DNA of 64,000 nucleotides from an uncultured Bacilli bacterium. Its GTDB lineage: Bacteria > Bacillota_I > Bacilli_A > ML615J-28 > CAG-313. The stretch lies in the NCBI GenBank assembly GCA_934098295.1, contig CAKONV010000006.1, positions 31,595-95,594 on the forward strand. Reading direction: 5' to 3'. Of this stretch, positions 29,936 to 39,721 are shown one piece after another. The stretch's first letter is position 1. Each line of letters starts with the position of its first letter. The notes under the pieces were generated by a model that saw nothing but the letters and a program-made list of their open reading frames with translations, did no database searches and was not told the DNA's origin. The position numbers were made by a program, and so were the translations under genes.

Positions 29936-30868
29936 ATGGCATTTCCAGTTTTTATAATTAATGGTTTTTTAGATTCCGGCAAGTCTTCATTTATTAATGA
30001 TACTTTACGTAATGATGAATTTTATAAAAAGGGAAATACTTTATTACTTGTATGCGAGGAAGGTGAAGTTGAGTATAATGCTCAAGAACTTTCTAAATAC
30101 AATGTTCATATTGAAACTTTTGAAAATGTAGAAGAATTTAACGCTGATCGTTTATATTCGCTTACAGAAAAATATCATCCAGGTAGAATAGTCATTGAAA
30201 CTAATACTATGTGGGATAATAACGCAATTAGTTTTCCTTCAACATTTGAAGTAGCTCAAATTGTATCTTTTATTGATTATACTACTTTTCCCGTGTATTA
30301 TAATAATATGCGACAAAAATTTGTTGACAATTTACGTTTTGCTGATTTAGTAGTAATCAATAGATGTGATGATATTACAGGTTTATCAAAATATCAAACT
30401 TCTCTAAAAATGATTAATAATAATGCTAATTGGATAGCAATGAATTCTAAAGGTGAAGTTCAAGAAGCATTTGAATCACCTCTTCCATATGATATTAATC
30501 AAGAGATAATTAAAATTGAAGATTGTGATTTTGGAAGATGGTATATTGATACTTTTGATCATAAAGAACGTTATGATGGAAAAAAGGTTGAATTTAATGG
30601 TATAATTTTGAAATCTAAAAAGTTACCAAAAAATGCAGTAATTGTCGGTAGATATGTTATGACATGTTGTGCTAATGATATTCAATTGTATGGACATTTA
30701 TGTTCTTCAACGCTAAATGTAAAGTTGAAAAGCAAAAGCTGGATTCATATTGTTGCTGAAGTAAAGTATGAATATTCAAAGGAATATGAGGAAGAAGAAG
30801 TAGTTCTATATCCAATTTCAATTGAGAAAATTCCAGAAATTAAAGAACCAGTTCTTAACTTAGTATAA
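29936..30868 (+). CDS. Degenerate G3E-like P-loop domain fused to a DUF1980-like C-terminal domain
   Basis: It has the P-loop INGFLDSGKSSF and VINRCD but no CxCC motif. The C-terminal half has YDGKKVEFNGIIL...VGRYVMTCCANDIQ, which resembles the conserved CCxxD block of DUF1980/TIGR03943-type proteins. That consensus is recalled from memory. Confidence 0.5.
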   Translation: MAFPVFIINGFLDSGKSSFINDTLRNDEFYKKGNTLLLVCEEGEVEYNAQELSKYNVHIETFENVEEFNADRLYSLTEKYHPGRIVIETNTMWDNNAISFPSTFEVAQIVSFIDYTTFPVYYNNMRQKFVDNLRFADLVVINRCDDITGLSKYQTSLKMINNNANWIAMNSKGEVQEAFESPLPYDINQEIIKIEDCDFGRWYIDTFDHKERYDGKKVEFNGIILKSKKLPKNAVIVGRYVMTCCANDIQLYGHLCSSTLNVKLKSKSWIHIVAEVKYEYSKEYEEEEVVLYPISIEKIPEIKEPVLNLV

Positions 30869-30897
30869 AAGAATTCTTTTTGAATTCTTTTTTTTTA
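30867..30897 (+). terminator. Rho-independent terminator
   Basis: The hairpin AAAAGAATTC-ttttt-GAATTCTTTT is followed by a long T-run. Confidence 0.75.
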
Positions 30898-30930
30898 TTT
30901 GCTAATAATATATAAAAAGAGGTAAATAAA

Positions 30931-32328
30931 ATGAAGAAAAAATTTATATTGTTAATTATTATAATATTTTTAAGTTTATATGGTTGTAATAGTAAGGAAA
31001 AGGTAAGCTTAGAAAATAATGAAGTTAAAATCTTTTATTTAGATGATAACTTAAATGAGATTTATGAAAATACGCATATAAGAGTAAAAAACATGAAAAA
31101 GGAAATTTTATTATCTTTAAATAATGAAAAGGTTAAAGTAGATAATTTAAAAATAGATGAAGTTGGCGAATATATCGCAGAAATTAGTTATAATAATTAT
31201 AAAGTAATGATGCCATACATAGTTTCATTAAGAAAGTGGGATGGAAGCTCAAATATTAATTGGTATGATGAAAATGAAAATCTTTATGAAATAAAAAATG
31301 CCGAAGAATTAAGTGGTTTGAGTAAACTTGTAAATGATGGAAATACTTTTGAAGGAAAGACAATAAAGTTAAAATTTGATATCGATTTAGACAATAAAGA
31401 GTTTATTCCTATCGGTAGCAATAAAAAAGGAGAATTTGATAAAATAGATAAGTATTTTTGTGGGACTTTTGATGGTAATAACAAAAAAATAAAGAATTTA
31501 AAAATTACCGCGAAATTAAATTCTAAAGGTGAACATATTGATTATTTAACATCGTATTATCATGCTGGCTTATTTGGATATGTTAAAAATGTAGTTGTAA
31601 AAAATCTTACTTTAGAAAATGTCAATATAATTAATGGTATGGGAAACAATTATGTGCGGAGCTTGCAAGGAACAGGTGGCTTAATTGGTCATGCTAATGG
31701 TGAATGTATTTTAGAAAATATTAGTTTAATAGGAAAAATAACAATTAAAGGCGAATATAAAGTTGGTGGTATAATTGGATCCGCATCTGGTAGTAAACTA
31801 GAAATAAAGAATAGTAAGATAATAGGTGATGAAAATAGTTTTGTATATGGTACGGATACTGATTTTAAAGATACTTGTAATTTTGGTGGCTTAATGGGGT
31901 TTACATCAAGTTTAAAAAACGAAATAACTAACGTTGTAACTAAAATCAACGTTACAGGATGGCTATCAGGTGGATTAATAGGTAGTGCTAGTGAAGGTAA
32001 GTTGTTAATTAAAAATGTTGCTGTTTATGGTAATGTTACCCTAGATGAAGGAAATAGCATAGGTGGCTTAATTGGTTCTCGGTTTGTTGATATGAATCTT
32101 TCCGACTGTTATTTTTTAGGAGAATTATTTTATAAAAAAGATGATAATATCAAAGCTGATTTAATGGTATCTAGTTATGGCAATAAAACATCATTAATAA
32201 ATTCTTCCAACTTATTTGTGGTTGAAAATAAAAATAATCAAGTGCCTAATAGTTTAAATAGTATTTATTTAAGTCACGATGATATTCTTCTTAAAATGGA
32301 TAATGATTTAAAAAAATTATTAAGTTAA
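30931..32328 (+). CDS. GLUG-motif repeat lipoprotein
   Basis: It has the lipobox LYGC and repeated GG(L/I)(I/M)G units (GGLIGHANG, GGIIGSASG, GGLMGFTSS, GGLIGSASE, GGLIGSRF). Confidence 0.55.
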   Translation: MKKKFILLIIIIFLSLYGCNSKEKVSLENNEVKIFYLDDNLNEIYENTHIRVKNMKKEILLSLNNEKVKVDNLKIDEVGEYIAEISYNNYKVMMPYIVSLRKWDGSSNINWYDENENLYEIKNAEELSGLSKLVNDGNTFEGKTIKLKFDIDLDNKEFIPIGSNKKGEFDKIDKYFCGTFDGNNKKIKNLKITAKLNSKGEHIDYLTSYYHAGLFGYVKNVVVKNLTLENVNIINGMGNNYVRSLQGTGGLIGHANGECILENISLIGKITIKGEYKVGGIIGSASGSKLEIKNSKIIGDENSFVYGTDTDFKDTCNFGGLMGFTSSLKNEITNVVTKINVTGWLSGGLIGSASEGKLLIKNVAVYGNVTLDEGNSIGGLIGSRFVDMNLSDCYFLGELFYKKDDNIKADLMVSSYGNKTSLINSSNLFVVENKNNQVPNSLNSIYLSHDDILLKMDNDLKKLLS

Positions 32329-32436
32329 AAGTTAGTTAACAATAAAATGAGAGAATTAACTAATAATAAGTTTTAATCTTGCAATGTTAGAAAAAATGAT
32401 GTATAATGTAAAAAAAGAAAGTAGGTCGATTAATCT

Positions 32437-34278
32437 ATGATAAGAAAATTTCGAATGACATTTTTATTAGCAATAACCCTTGTAGTATTTGTACTTCTTG
32501 GTGGATGCGAATATAAAGAAACTAAAGATCCATCAACATTTAATGATTTAACTAATAATTTATTTGTTCAACTTATCGGTGATGATGATTTGACAAAAAA
32601 TTATTATTTTGAAAATCCTAGTAATTTTGGCTTATCGGCATCAGAACCTAGTTTGCCAACCCCATCACTAACATCGCCTATAGGACTTTTAATTACAAAC
32701 TTTTATTTAGGTCAAATAAAAGCGTATGATTATAATCAATTAAATACAGATCAACAAATTACCTATAATTTGATAATGAATTTATTAAACTATATTAATA
32801 GTAAAAATACCGAAATGGGTTACTTAAGTAATAATTATTTAGGAACTTATTTAGGCTATCAAGCTCAATTACCACTATTATTAGTTGAATATAACTTTAG
32901 ACAAAAAAGTGATGTTGATAATTACTTAAAATATTTGGAATTAATTCCTGAAACCTTTGAATCTTATTATAATTTTGAAGTTAAAAAAAGTGAAAAAGGT
33001 TATGGAATGCCAAATTATGTAATTGAAAATGTCGTTAGTCAGTGTAATAGTTTTGTTAAAGGTATTGATAGTGGCGAAAGTTTTATGTATACTGTTGTCA
33101 ATCAAAAGATAGATAGTTGTAGTTTCCTATCGGATAGTGAAAAGACTGAATATAAGAGAAAAAATCATGAAGCAATTGAAGACCACATGCGTGAAGGATA
33201 TGCTTATATTGCTGAATCTTTACCTTCACTAAAAGATAAGTCTACAAATAATCAAGGTCTTGCTCACTATGTAACAAGCGATGGTAGTAATATTGGTAAA
33301 AATTATTATGAAATAGAATTCAAAAACACGGTTGGTTATGATTTATCTTGTGCAGAAGCAATTAACTATATAGAACAAAAAATAAATAATTACTTAGGCG
33401 AATTAAGAGCATTATATTCAAAAATATCTGCAAATGCTTCTAATCTTGAAATCTTAAAGAAAATTCAGTCAGGAGAAATTGAGTTAATGACTTCAACTCC
33501 AGAAGCTCAATTAGCAACATATCAAAATCTAATAAATACTGATTTCCCTGCCCTTGATGTTAATTATGAAATAATAGTAAAATATATTGATAAGTCAATG
33601 CAAAATAATTTTAGCCCTGCTGCTTACATGACTTCTGCAATTGACCAAACTAGTTATGAGAGTATTTATTTAAATCCTGCTAGCATTTATTTAAAAGATG
33701 ATAATGGCAATTTAACGGACAAGTTAGATGCTAATTATTTATACACTACTTTAGCACATGAAGGACTACCTGGACACTTATATCAAAATTTATATTTTAA
33801 AACTCAAGATACTAGCCTTTTAAGAAAAATCTTAAGAAATAGTGGTTATGTAGAAGGATGGGCTACATATGCCGAAAATTATAGTTATAATTTCTTAAGA
33901 GGAACTTATAGTGATGATGTAATTGATTATTTGATTACGCAATCAAAACTAGAAGCAGCTATATATTCAAGATTAGATTTAGGTATCCATTATAATGGTT
34001 GGAGTCTAGAGGAATTTTCAAGTTTTACAACAAAATATTTTGGAGTTTCTTCTCAAGATCGATTATTAAAAGCTTATCAACAATTAGTAGAAATTCCTAA
34101 TAATTATCAACAATATTTCTTCACTTATTTGAAATTTGTTGATATGTATGATAATGTAAAAACTAAACTTGGAAATAATTTTAATGCTAAAGACTTCCAT
34201 AAGACAATTCTTGATTGTGGACCTTTACCATTAAAGTATGTTGAAAAAATAGTTTATGATAAATACGATATAAAATAA
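32437..34278 (+). CDS. DUF885-family lipoprotein (putative metallopeptidase fold)
   Basis: It has the lipobox LLGGC, the HExxGH motif (LAHEGLPGHLYQ) and the EGWATYAE block. Confidence 0.7.
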   Translation: MIRKFRMTFLLAITLVVFVLLGGCEYKETKDPSTFNDLTNNLFVQLIGDDDLTKNYYFENPSNFGLSASEPSLPTPSLTSPIGLLITNFYLGQIKAYDYNQLNTDQQITYNLIMNLLNYINSKNTEMGYLSNNYLGTYLGYQAQLPLLLVEYNFRQKSDVDNYLKYLELIPETFESYYNFEVKKSEKGYGMPNYVIENVVSQCNSFVKGIDSGESFMYTVVNQKIDSCSFLSDSEKTEYKRKNHEAIEDHMREGYAYIAESLPSLKDKSTNNQGLAHYVTSDGSNIGKNYYEIEFKNTVGYDLSCAEAINYIEQKINNYLGELRALYSKISANASNLEILKKIQSGEIELMTSTPEAQLATYQNLINTDFPALDVNYEIIVKYIDKSMQNNFSPAAYMTSAIDQTSYESIYLNPASIYLKDDNGNLTDKLDANYLYTTLAHEGLPGHLYQNLYFKTQDTSLLRKILRNSGYVEGWATYAENYSYNFLRGTYSDDVIDYLITQSKLEAAIYSRLDLGIHYNGWSLEEFSSFTTKYFGVSSQDRLLKAYQQLVEIPNNYQQYFFTYLKFVDMYDNVKTKLGNNFNAKDFHKTILDCGPLPLKYVEKIVYDKYDIK

Positions 34279-34287
34279 TTTTAAAAA

Positions 34288-34316
34288 GCAACAGGAAGGT
34301 GTGTTCCTGTTGTTTT
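34288..34316 (+). terminator. Rho-independent terminator
   Basis: The stem AACAGGAA / TTCCTGTT is followed by GTTTT. Confidence 0.6.
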
Positions 34317-34460
34317 AACTAAAATAATAAAAATTTAGATATTCTAAACATAAAATAAGTGTTTTTAGAAAGATAAAAGTAAATCAAATGAAAAAAAAAC
34401 GGTATTGTGGTATAATTTAAAATGATAAAAATGTATACCTAAATTAAGAGAGGAAAAAAT

Positions 34461-35747
34461 ATGGTAAAAGTAGAAAAATTAAGCGAAAATAGAGTAAAAT
34501 TAACAGTTACAATTTCTGTTGAAGAATTTGATAAAGCTTTAGATTTAGCTTTTGAAAAAGTTGTTAAGGAAGTAAAGGTCGATGGTTTCCGTCCTGGAAA
34601 AATGCCAAAGAGAATGTTCATTCAACGTTTTGGTTGGGAATCATTATATAATGATGCTATTGAATTTGCGGTAAATGAAAGTTATTATCCTGCTTTAAAA
34701 GAAGCTAACGTTTATCCAACATCGCAACCAAAAATTGATTTAGTTGATGCTGCTGCTATCAAAAAAGGTGAAGCATTCGATTATACTGTTGAAATTGATG
34801 TATGGCCAGAAGTTCATCTAGGAGAATATAAAGGTGTTAAAGTTAAAAAGGCTTCAACAAGAGTACTTAAAAAAGATGTTGAAGAATTTATCAATAAAGC
34901 ATTACAATCAAAAACGGATAATGTTTTAAAAGATACACCTGCTGAAAAGGGTGACACTGTAATTTTAGATTTCGAAGGCTTTATTGATGGTGTTGCATTT
35001 GAAGGTGGAAAAGCTGAAAACTATTCTTTAGAATTAGGATCTAATTCTTTTGTACCTGGTTTTGAAGATCAATTAGTAGGTGCTAAAACTAATGATGAAG
35101 TGGAAGTAAAAGTTACTTTCCCTGAAAACTATCATGAAGGATTAGCAAATAAAGAAGCTGTTTTCAAATGTAAGATTCATGAAGTAAAAACTAAAAAAGT
35201 TCCTGAATTAAATGATGAATTTGTAAGTGAATTAGATATTGAAAATGTAAAAACAGTTGAAGAATATCAAGAATATGCAAAAGAACAAGTTAAAAAACAA
35301 AAAGTAGCACAAGCTGAACAACAATTTGAAAATGATTGTATCAATGCTGTATGCGAAGCTTCTTATGCATCTTTCCCACAAAGTTTAATTGATTCAAGTG
35401 TTGAACAAAATGTAGCTCGTCTAGAACAACAAGCAAAACAATACAATATTCCTGTTGATGCTTTAGTAAAATACATGGGTGCTGATAGTATTGATGAATT
35501 CAAAAAGGTATCTGCTGAACAAGCAAATAAACAATTCTTACATGAATTAGTATTTGATGAAATTATCAAGAAAGAAAACATTGAAGCAACCAAAGAAGAA
35601 ATTGAAGCTAAGTATTTAGAAATTGCTGGTGGCAAAGAAGAACGTGTTGCTGAAGTTAAAAAACAATATAATGAAAATCAAATTGCTTACCAAGTAAAAT
35701 ACGAAAAAGCAGTTAAGTTAATCAAAGATAATGCCGAAACAAAATAG
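34461..35747 (+). CDS. tig: Trigger factor
   Basis: It has the ribosome-binding signature GFRPGKMP, a central FKBP PPIase domain (DFEGFIDGVAFEGG...FVPGFEDQLVG), and sits in the conserved tig-clpX-lon context. Confidence 0.95.
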   Translation: MVKVEKLSENRVKLTVTISVEEFDKALDLAFEKVVKEVKVDGFRPGKMPKRMFIQRFGWESLYNDAIEFAVNESYYPALKEANVYPTSQPKIDLVDAAAIKKGEAFDYTVEIDVWPEVHLGEYKGVKVKKASTRVLKKDVEEFINKALQSKTDNVLKDTPAEKGDTVILDFEGFIDGVAFEGGKAENYSLELGSNSFVPGFEDQLVGAKTNDEVEVKVTFPENYHEGLANKEAVFKCKIHEVKTKKVPELNDEFVSELDIENVKTVEEYQEYAKEQVKKQKVAQAEQQFENDCINAVCEASYASFPQSLIDSSVEQNVARLEQQAKQYNIPVDALVKYMGADSIDEFKKVSAEQANKQFLHELVFDEIIKKENIEATKEEIEAKYLEIAGGKEERVAEVKKQYNENQIAYQVKYEKAVKLIKDNAETK

Positions 35748-35797
35748 ATAGTTTAAAACTTAAAAATATGTTCATACTAATATAGGAGTGTGAACAT

Positions 35798-36967
35798 ATG
35801 AGTAAAATTAAACGTTGTTCCTTTTGTGGAAGTGAATTAACAAAATTAAATAAAGGATTCGAGGGCATTGATGCGATAATTTGTCATCAGTGCCTTGAAT
35901 TATATAGCGAAATTGCTCGAATTGAAAGGATTGATGATTTTAATAATAACTATTTGGTAAAGAAACAAATTACTTCTGTTTCACCTAAATATATTTATGA
36001 TGAATTATCAAAATCGGTAATTGGGCAAAATGATGCTAAAAAAATTTTAAGCGTAGCATTATATCGCCATTATAAGCGAATTACATCAAATAATAAATTA
36101 GAAAAGTCCAATATATTAATGATTGGTCCAACAGGGGTTGGCAAGACGCTACTTGCCACCACAATGGCTAAAATATTAAATATTCCTATTGCTATTTGTG
36201 ATGCCACCGTTTATACCCAGGCTGGCTATGTTGGTGAAGATGTCGAAAATATTCTTTTAAAGCTTCTTCAAAATGCTGATTATGATATTGAACTTGCTCA
36301 AAAAGGAATTGTCTTTATTGATGAATTTGATAAACTCGCTAGAAAAAGCGAAAACCCTTCAATTACAAGAGATGTTTCTGGTGAAGGAGTTCAAAATTCT
36401 CTTTTAAAAATTATCGAAGGTTCTGTTGTAAATGTTCCTCCTCAGGGGGGAAGAAAACATCCTTATCAAGAATTTATTAAATTTGATACTTCCAATGTTT
36501 TATTCATTTGTGCGGGAGCCTTTGATGGTTTGAAATTAAAAGACAAAGCCGTTGTGGGTTTCGAAAATAAGAAAAATTCTTCTACGGACTTAGAGTTAAC
36601 AAAGGCTTTACAAAACTATGGTATAATACCAGAGATTTTAGGTAGATTACCAGTAGTTGCCAAACTAAACAAGTTAACAATTGCTGAATTAGAAGATATT
36701 CTATTAAAGCCCAGCAAAGCTCTGATAAAACAATATAAGGATATATTCTTAGAAGAAGAAGTTTCCTTAGAATTTACGAGTGATGCAATTCATGAAATTG
36801 CTAAAAGAGCTTATAATGAAGAGCTAGGTGCTAGAGCTTTAAAAAAGATATTAGAAGATATGATGTTAGATTATATGTTTGAAATACCTTCAAATAAAAA
36901 TATATCTAAGATTGAAATAAATAAAGAAAATGTACTTTTAACATTAGAAAAAATTAAGAGTGCTTAA
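35798..36967 (+). CDS. clpX: ATP-dependent Clp protease ATP-binding subunit ClpX
   Basis: It has an N-terminal zinc finger (CSFCG...CHQC), Walker A (GPTGVGKT), Walker B (IVFIDEFDK), the pore loop GYVGEDV and the sensor GARALK. Confidence 0.95.
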   Translation: MSKIKRCSFCGSELTKLNKGFEGIDAIICHQCLELYSEIARIERIDDFNNNYLVKKQITSVSPKYIYDELSKSVIGQNDAKKILSVALYRHYKRITSNNKLEKSNILMIGPTGVGKTLLATTMAKILNIPIAICDATVYTQAGYVGEDVENILLKLLQNADYDIELAQKGIVFIDEFDKLARKSENPSITRDVSGEGVQNSLLKIIEGSVVNVPPQGGRKHPYQEFIKFDTSNVLFICAGAFDGLKLKDKAVVGFENKKNSSTDLELTKALQNYGIIPEILGRLPVVAKLNKLTIAELEDILLKPSKALIKQYKDIFLEEEVSLEFTSDAIHEIAKRAYNEELGARALKKILEDMMLDYMFEIPSNKNISKIEINKENVLLTLEKIKSA

Positions 36968-36980
36968 GAAAGGAGTCAAT

Positions 36981-39314
36981 ATGACTTTTGATTTAACAAC
37001 TAGTACTACGGTTAAATTGCCAGTTGTTACTGCTCGTAATTTTGTAGCCTTTCCTTCAACAGACTTTAGATTCGAATTTACAAAGTCTTTAGATATTAAA
37101 GCTTTAAAAGCAGCAGAACAATTTCAAAATTATGTAGTAATTGTTTATCCTCTTGTTAGTGGTGTTGTCTCTGACGAAATTAATGGTTATTATAAGAGAG
37201 CAACGATTGCTAAAATCGTTTTAAATACGGCTCCAAGTTTAAACATTAATCGTGTCAAATTTGACATCATTGCAAGATGCGATATTAAAGATTTTGATTT
37301 AACCGCTCCTTGTTTAATGGCAACGGTTGATACTGTTCCTTCTATTACAACTGATAATGATACAGTTTTGGCGACTCTTTCTTTAATAAAAAAAGAAATT
37401 GTCCAATCGCAATCATCAACACCTGAAGAACAAGTAATTAATCAAAAAATTAATTTAGCCTTAACAAAGGGTTCAGCTCCTGATGTTACATCAGATTTAA
37501 TTGCTAACCTTGTTGCGACAACGGTTGAAGATAGATTTAAATATCTTTTTGAACTTGATGTATGCAAACGACTATACTATGTATTAGCTGATATTAGAAA
37601 ACAAAAATATTATGAAGAATTAGAACAAAAAATTGATTCTGATGTAAGAAAAAATATGACTGAAGCGCAAAAAGAATACTATTTGCGCGAAAAGATGCGT
37701 GCTATTCAAGAAGAGCTTGGTGATAAAGCTAAAAGAGATCAAGATATTGAAGATATGCGTAAAAAAATTAAAGATGCTAATCTTCCTGAAAGTATGGAAA
37801 CTAAAGCTTTAAATGAACTTGCACGTTACACATTAATGGCATCCAATGCGCCTGAATCATCAATTATAAAAACTTATCTTGATTTTGTTGTTAGCCTTCC
37901 ATGGTCAGTTAGTAGTGCTGATACCAATGATATTTCTTATGCTAAACAAATTCTTGATGAAGATCATTATGGTTTAGATAAAGTAAAAGAAAGAATATTA
38001 GAATATTTAGCTGTTAGGGTTATGACTAATGAAAACCCTCAGACTATTTTGTGTTTAGTTGGTCCTCCTGGTGTTGGTAAAACTTCACTATCAAAAAGTA
38101 TCGCTAGGGCTCTTAACAAAAAGTTCGTAAAACAATCCCTTGGTGGTGTTAAAGATGAATCAGAAATTAGAGGTCATCGTCGTACTTATTTAGGTGCTTT
38201 ACCAGGAAGAATTTTACAATCACTTGCTAAGGCTAAAACTAATAATCCTGTATTCTTACTAGATGAAATTGACAAAATGAGTAGTGACTATAAGGGCGAT
38301 CCTACAAGTGCGATGCTTGAAGTATTAGATCCTGAACAAAATCGTTATTTTAGTGATAATTATTTAGAAGAACCATTTGATTTATCACATTGTTTCTTTA
38401 TTGCTACTGCCAACTATTTAGGTAATATTCCTGCTCCATTAAGAGATCGTTTAGAAATAGTTGAGGTTTCAAGTTATACAGAATACGAAAAATTTGAAAT
38501 TGCTAAACGTCATTTATTAAAGAAACAATTAAAAGTAAATGGATTAGATCCTAATTTATTTACGATTAGCGATCAAGCTATCTATACAATAATTCAAAAG
38601 TATACAAGAGAAGCTGGTGTTCGTGAACTAGAAAGAGAATTAGGCTCAATTATTAGAAAAGCTATTAAGAAAATTTTAATGGATAAAGTTGAAAGAATTG
38701 ATATTGATGTTGATAACCTTGAAGAGTATTTGGGTAAACCAAAATTTGAAAATAACGAAAATTTAGAAGAAGATATGGTTGGCGTTGTTACAGGTTTGGC
38801 TTACACTGAATTTGGTGGTGATACTTTACAAATAGAAGTTACCCATTATCAAGGAAATGGACACATTATGCTTACGGGTAAATTAGGCGATGTCATGAAA
38901 GAATCAGCGGAAACAGCCTTAAGCTATGTAAAAGCTAATGCGGAAAAATATAACATTGATAGCACCCTTTTCAAGAACAATGATATTCATATTCATGTTC
39001 CTGAAGGAGCCGTTCCTAAAGATGGTCCTTCCGCTGGTGTTACCATTGTTACAGCCATTGTTTCTGCTTTTACTTCTAGAGCCGTTGATCACGAAGTTGG
39101 TATGACCGGCGAAATTACTTTAAGAGGAAGAATTTTACCAATTGGTGGATTGAGAGAAAAATCAATTGCAGCTCATCGTAGTGGATTAAAGAAAATTTTA
39201 ATACCTAAAGAAAATGTTAAAGACATTGATGAAATACCAGAAAGTGTTCGTAATAGTCTTGAAATTATCCCAATTGAATATGCTGATGAAGCAATTAAAG
39301 TAGCTTTAAAATAA
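36981..39314 (+). CDS. lon: Lon protease
   Basis: It has a LON N domain, the AAA+ motif GPPGVGKTS, LLDEIDK and the protease catalytic motif PKDGPSAGVT. The start is set at the ATG behind AAAGGAG. Confidence 0.95.
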   Translation: MTFDLTTSTTVKLPVVTARNFVAFPSTDFRFEFTKSLDIKALKAAEQFQNYVVIVYPLVSGVVSDEINGYYKRATIAKIVLNTAPSLNINRVKFDIIARCDIKDFDLTAPCLMATVDTVPSITTDNDTVLATLSLIKKEIVQSQSSTPEEQVINQKINLALTKGSAPDVTSDLIANLVATTVEDRFKYLFELDVCKRLYYVLADIRKQKYYEELEQKIDSDVRKNMTEAQKEYYLREKMRAIQEELGDKAKRDQDIEDMRKKIKDANLPESMETKALNELARYTLMASNAPESSIIKTYLDFVVSLPWSVSSADTNDISYAKQILDEDHYGLDKVKERILEYLAVRVMTNENPQTILCLVGPPGVGKTSLSKSIARALNKKFVKQSLGGVKDESEIRGHRRTYLGALPGRILQSLAKAKTNNPVFLLDEIDKMSSDYKGDPTSAMLEVLDPEQNRYFSDNYLEEPFDLSHCFFIATANYLGNIPAPLRDRLEIVEVSSYTEYEKFEIAKRHLLKKQLKVNGLDPNLFTISDQAIYTIIQKYTREAGVRELERELGSIIRKAIKKILMDKVERIDIDVDNLEEYLGKPKFENNENLEEDMVGVVTGLAYTEFGGDTLQIEVTHYQGNGHIMLTGKLGDVMKESAETALSYVKANAEKYNIDSTLFKNNDIHIHVPEGAVPKDGPSAGVTIVTAIVSAFTSRAVDHEVGMTGEITLRGRILPIGGLREKSIAAHRSGLKKILIPKENVKDIDEIPESVRNSLEIIPIEYADEAIKVALK

Positions 39315-39411
39315 AAAAAACTTTTGATTAAGTCAATATAATTGCAAAAACATTATATTCGTGATATAATAATTACGTTATAGTAGCAAAATTTAAATAG
39401 GAGGCCGCTTT

Positions 39412-39651
39412 ATGGGTGCATTACGTTGGTATGATTGGATTCTTTTAATAGTATCAATAGCTTTAATTTTAATTATTGTTCTACAAGGCTCTAAGGATGA
39501 TGTTAGCAACGCATTCTCAGGTGAAAAGTCAGATTTGTTCGCAAATCAAAAGGCAAGAGGTCCAGAAAAGGTAGTTAATAGAATTACAGCTGGATTATCA
39601 ATAGCTTTCTTTTTACTTGCAATTTTAGTTTCTGCTTTAGAACGTTTTTAA
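39412..39651 (+). CDS. secG: Preprotein translocase subunit SecG
   Basis: It is a 79-aa two-TM protein (LQGSKDD...FSG motif) in the conserved secG-rnr-smpB context. Confidence 0.85.
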   Translation: MGALRWYDWILLIVSIALILIIVLQGSKDDVSNAFSGEKSDLFANQKARGPEKVVNRITAGLSIAFFLLAILVSALERF

Positions 39652-39656
39652 AAAAT

Positions 39657-39692
39657 AGAGAGGACTTAAAGATAAATTTTAAGTCCTCTTTT
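39657..39692 (+). terminator. Rho-independent terminator after secG
   Basis: A 12-bp stem (AGAGGACTTAAA / TTTAAGTCCTCT) is followed by a T-run. Confidence 0.75.
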
Positions 39693-39721
39693 TAACAAAA
39701 TTTATGGAAAGGAGTATAAAA

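Noticed and set aside
35768-35800. I considered whether the inverted repeat ATGTTCA...TGAACAT around the clpX RBS is a CtsR or CIRCE heat-shock operator.
   Set aside because: It matches neither the CtsR heptad direct repeat (GGTCAAA-type) nor CIRCE (TTAGCACTC-N9-GAGTGCTAA). It is short and AT-rich and probably has no regulatory function.
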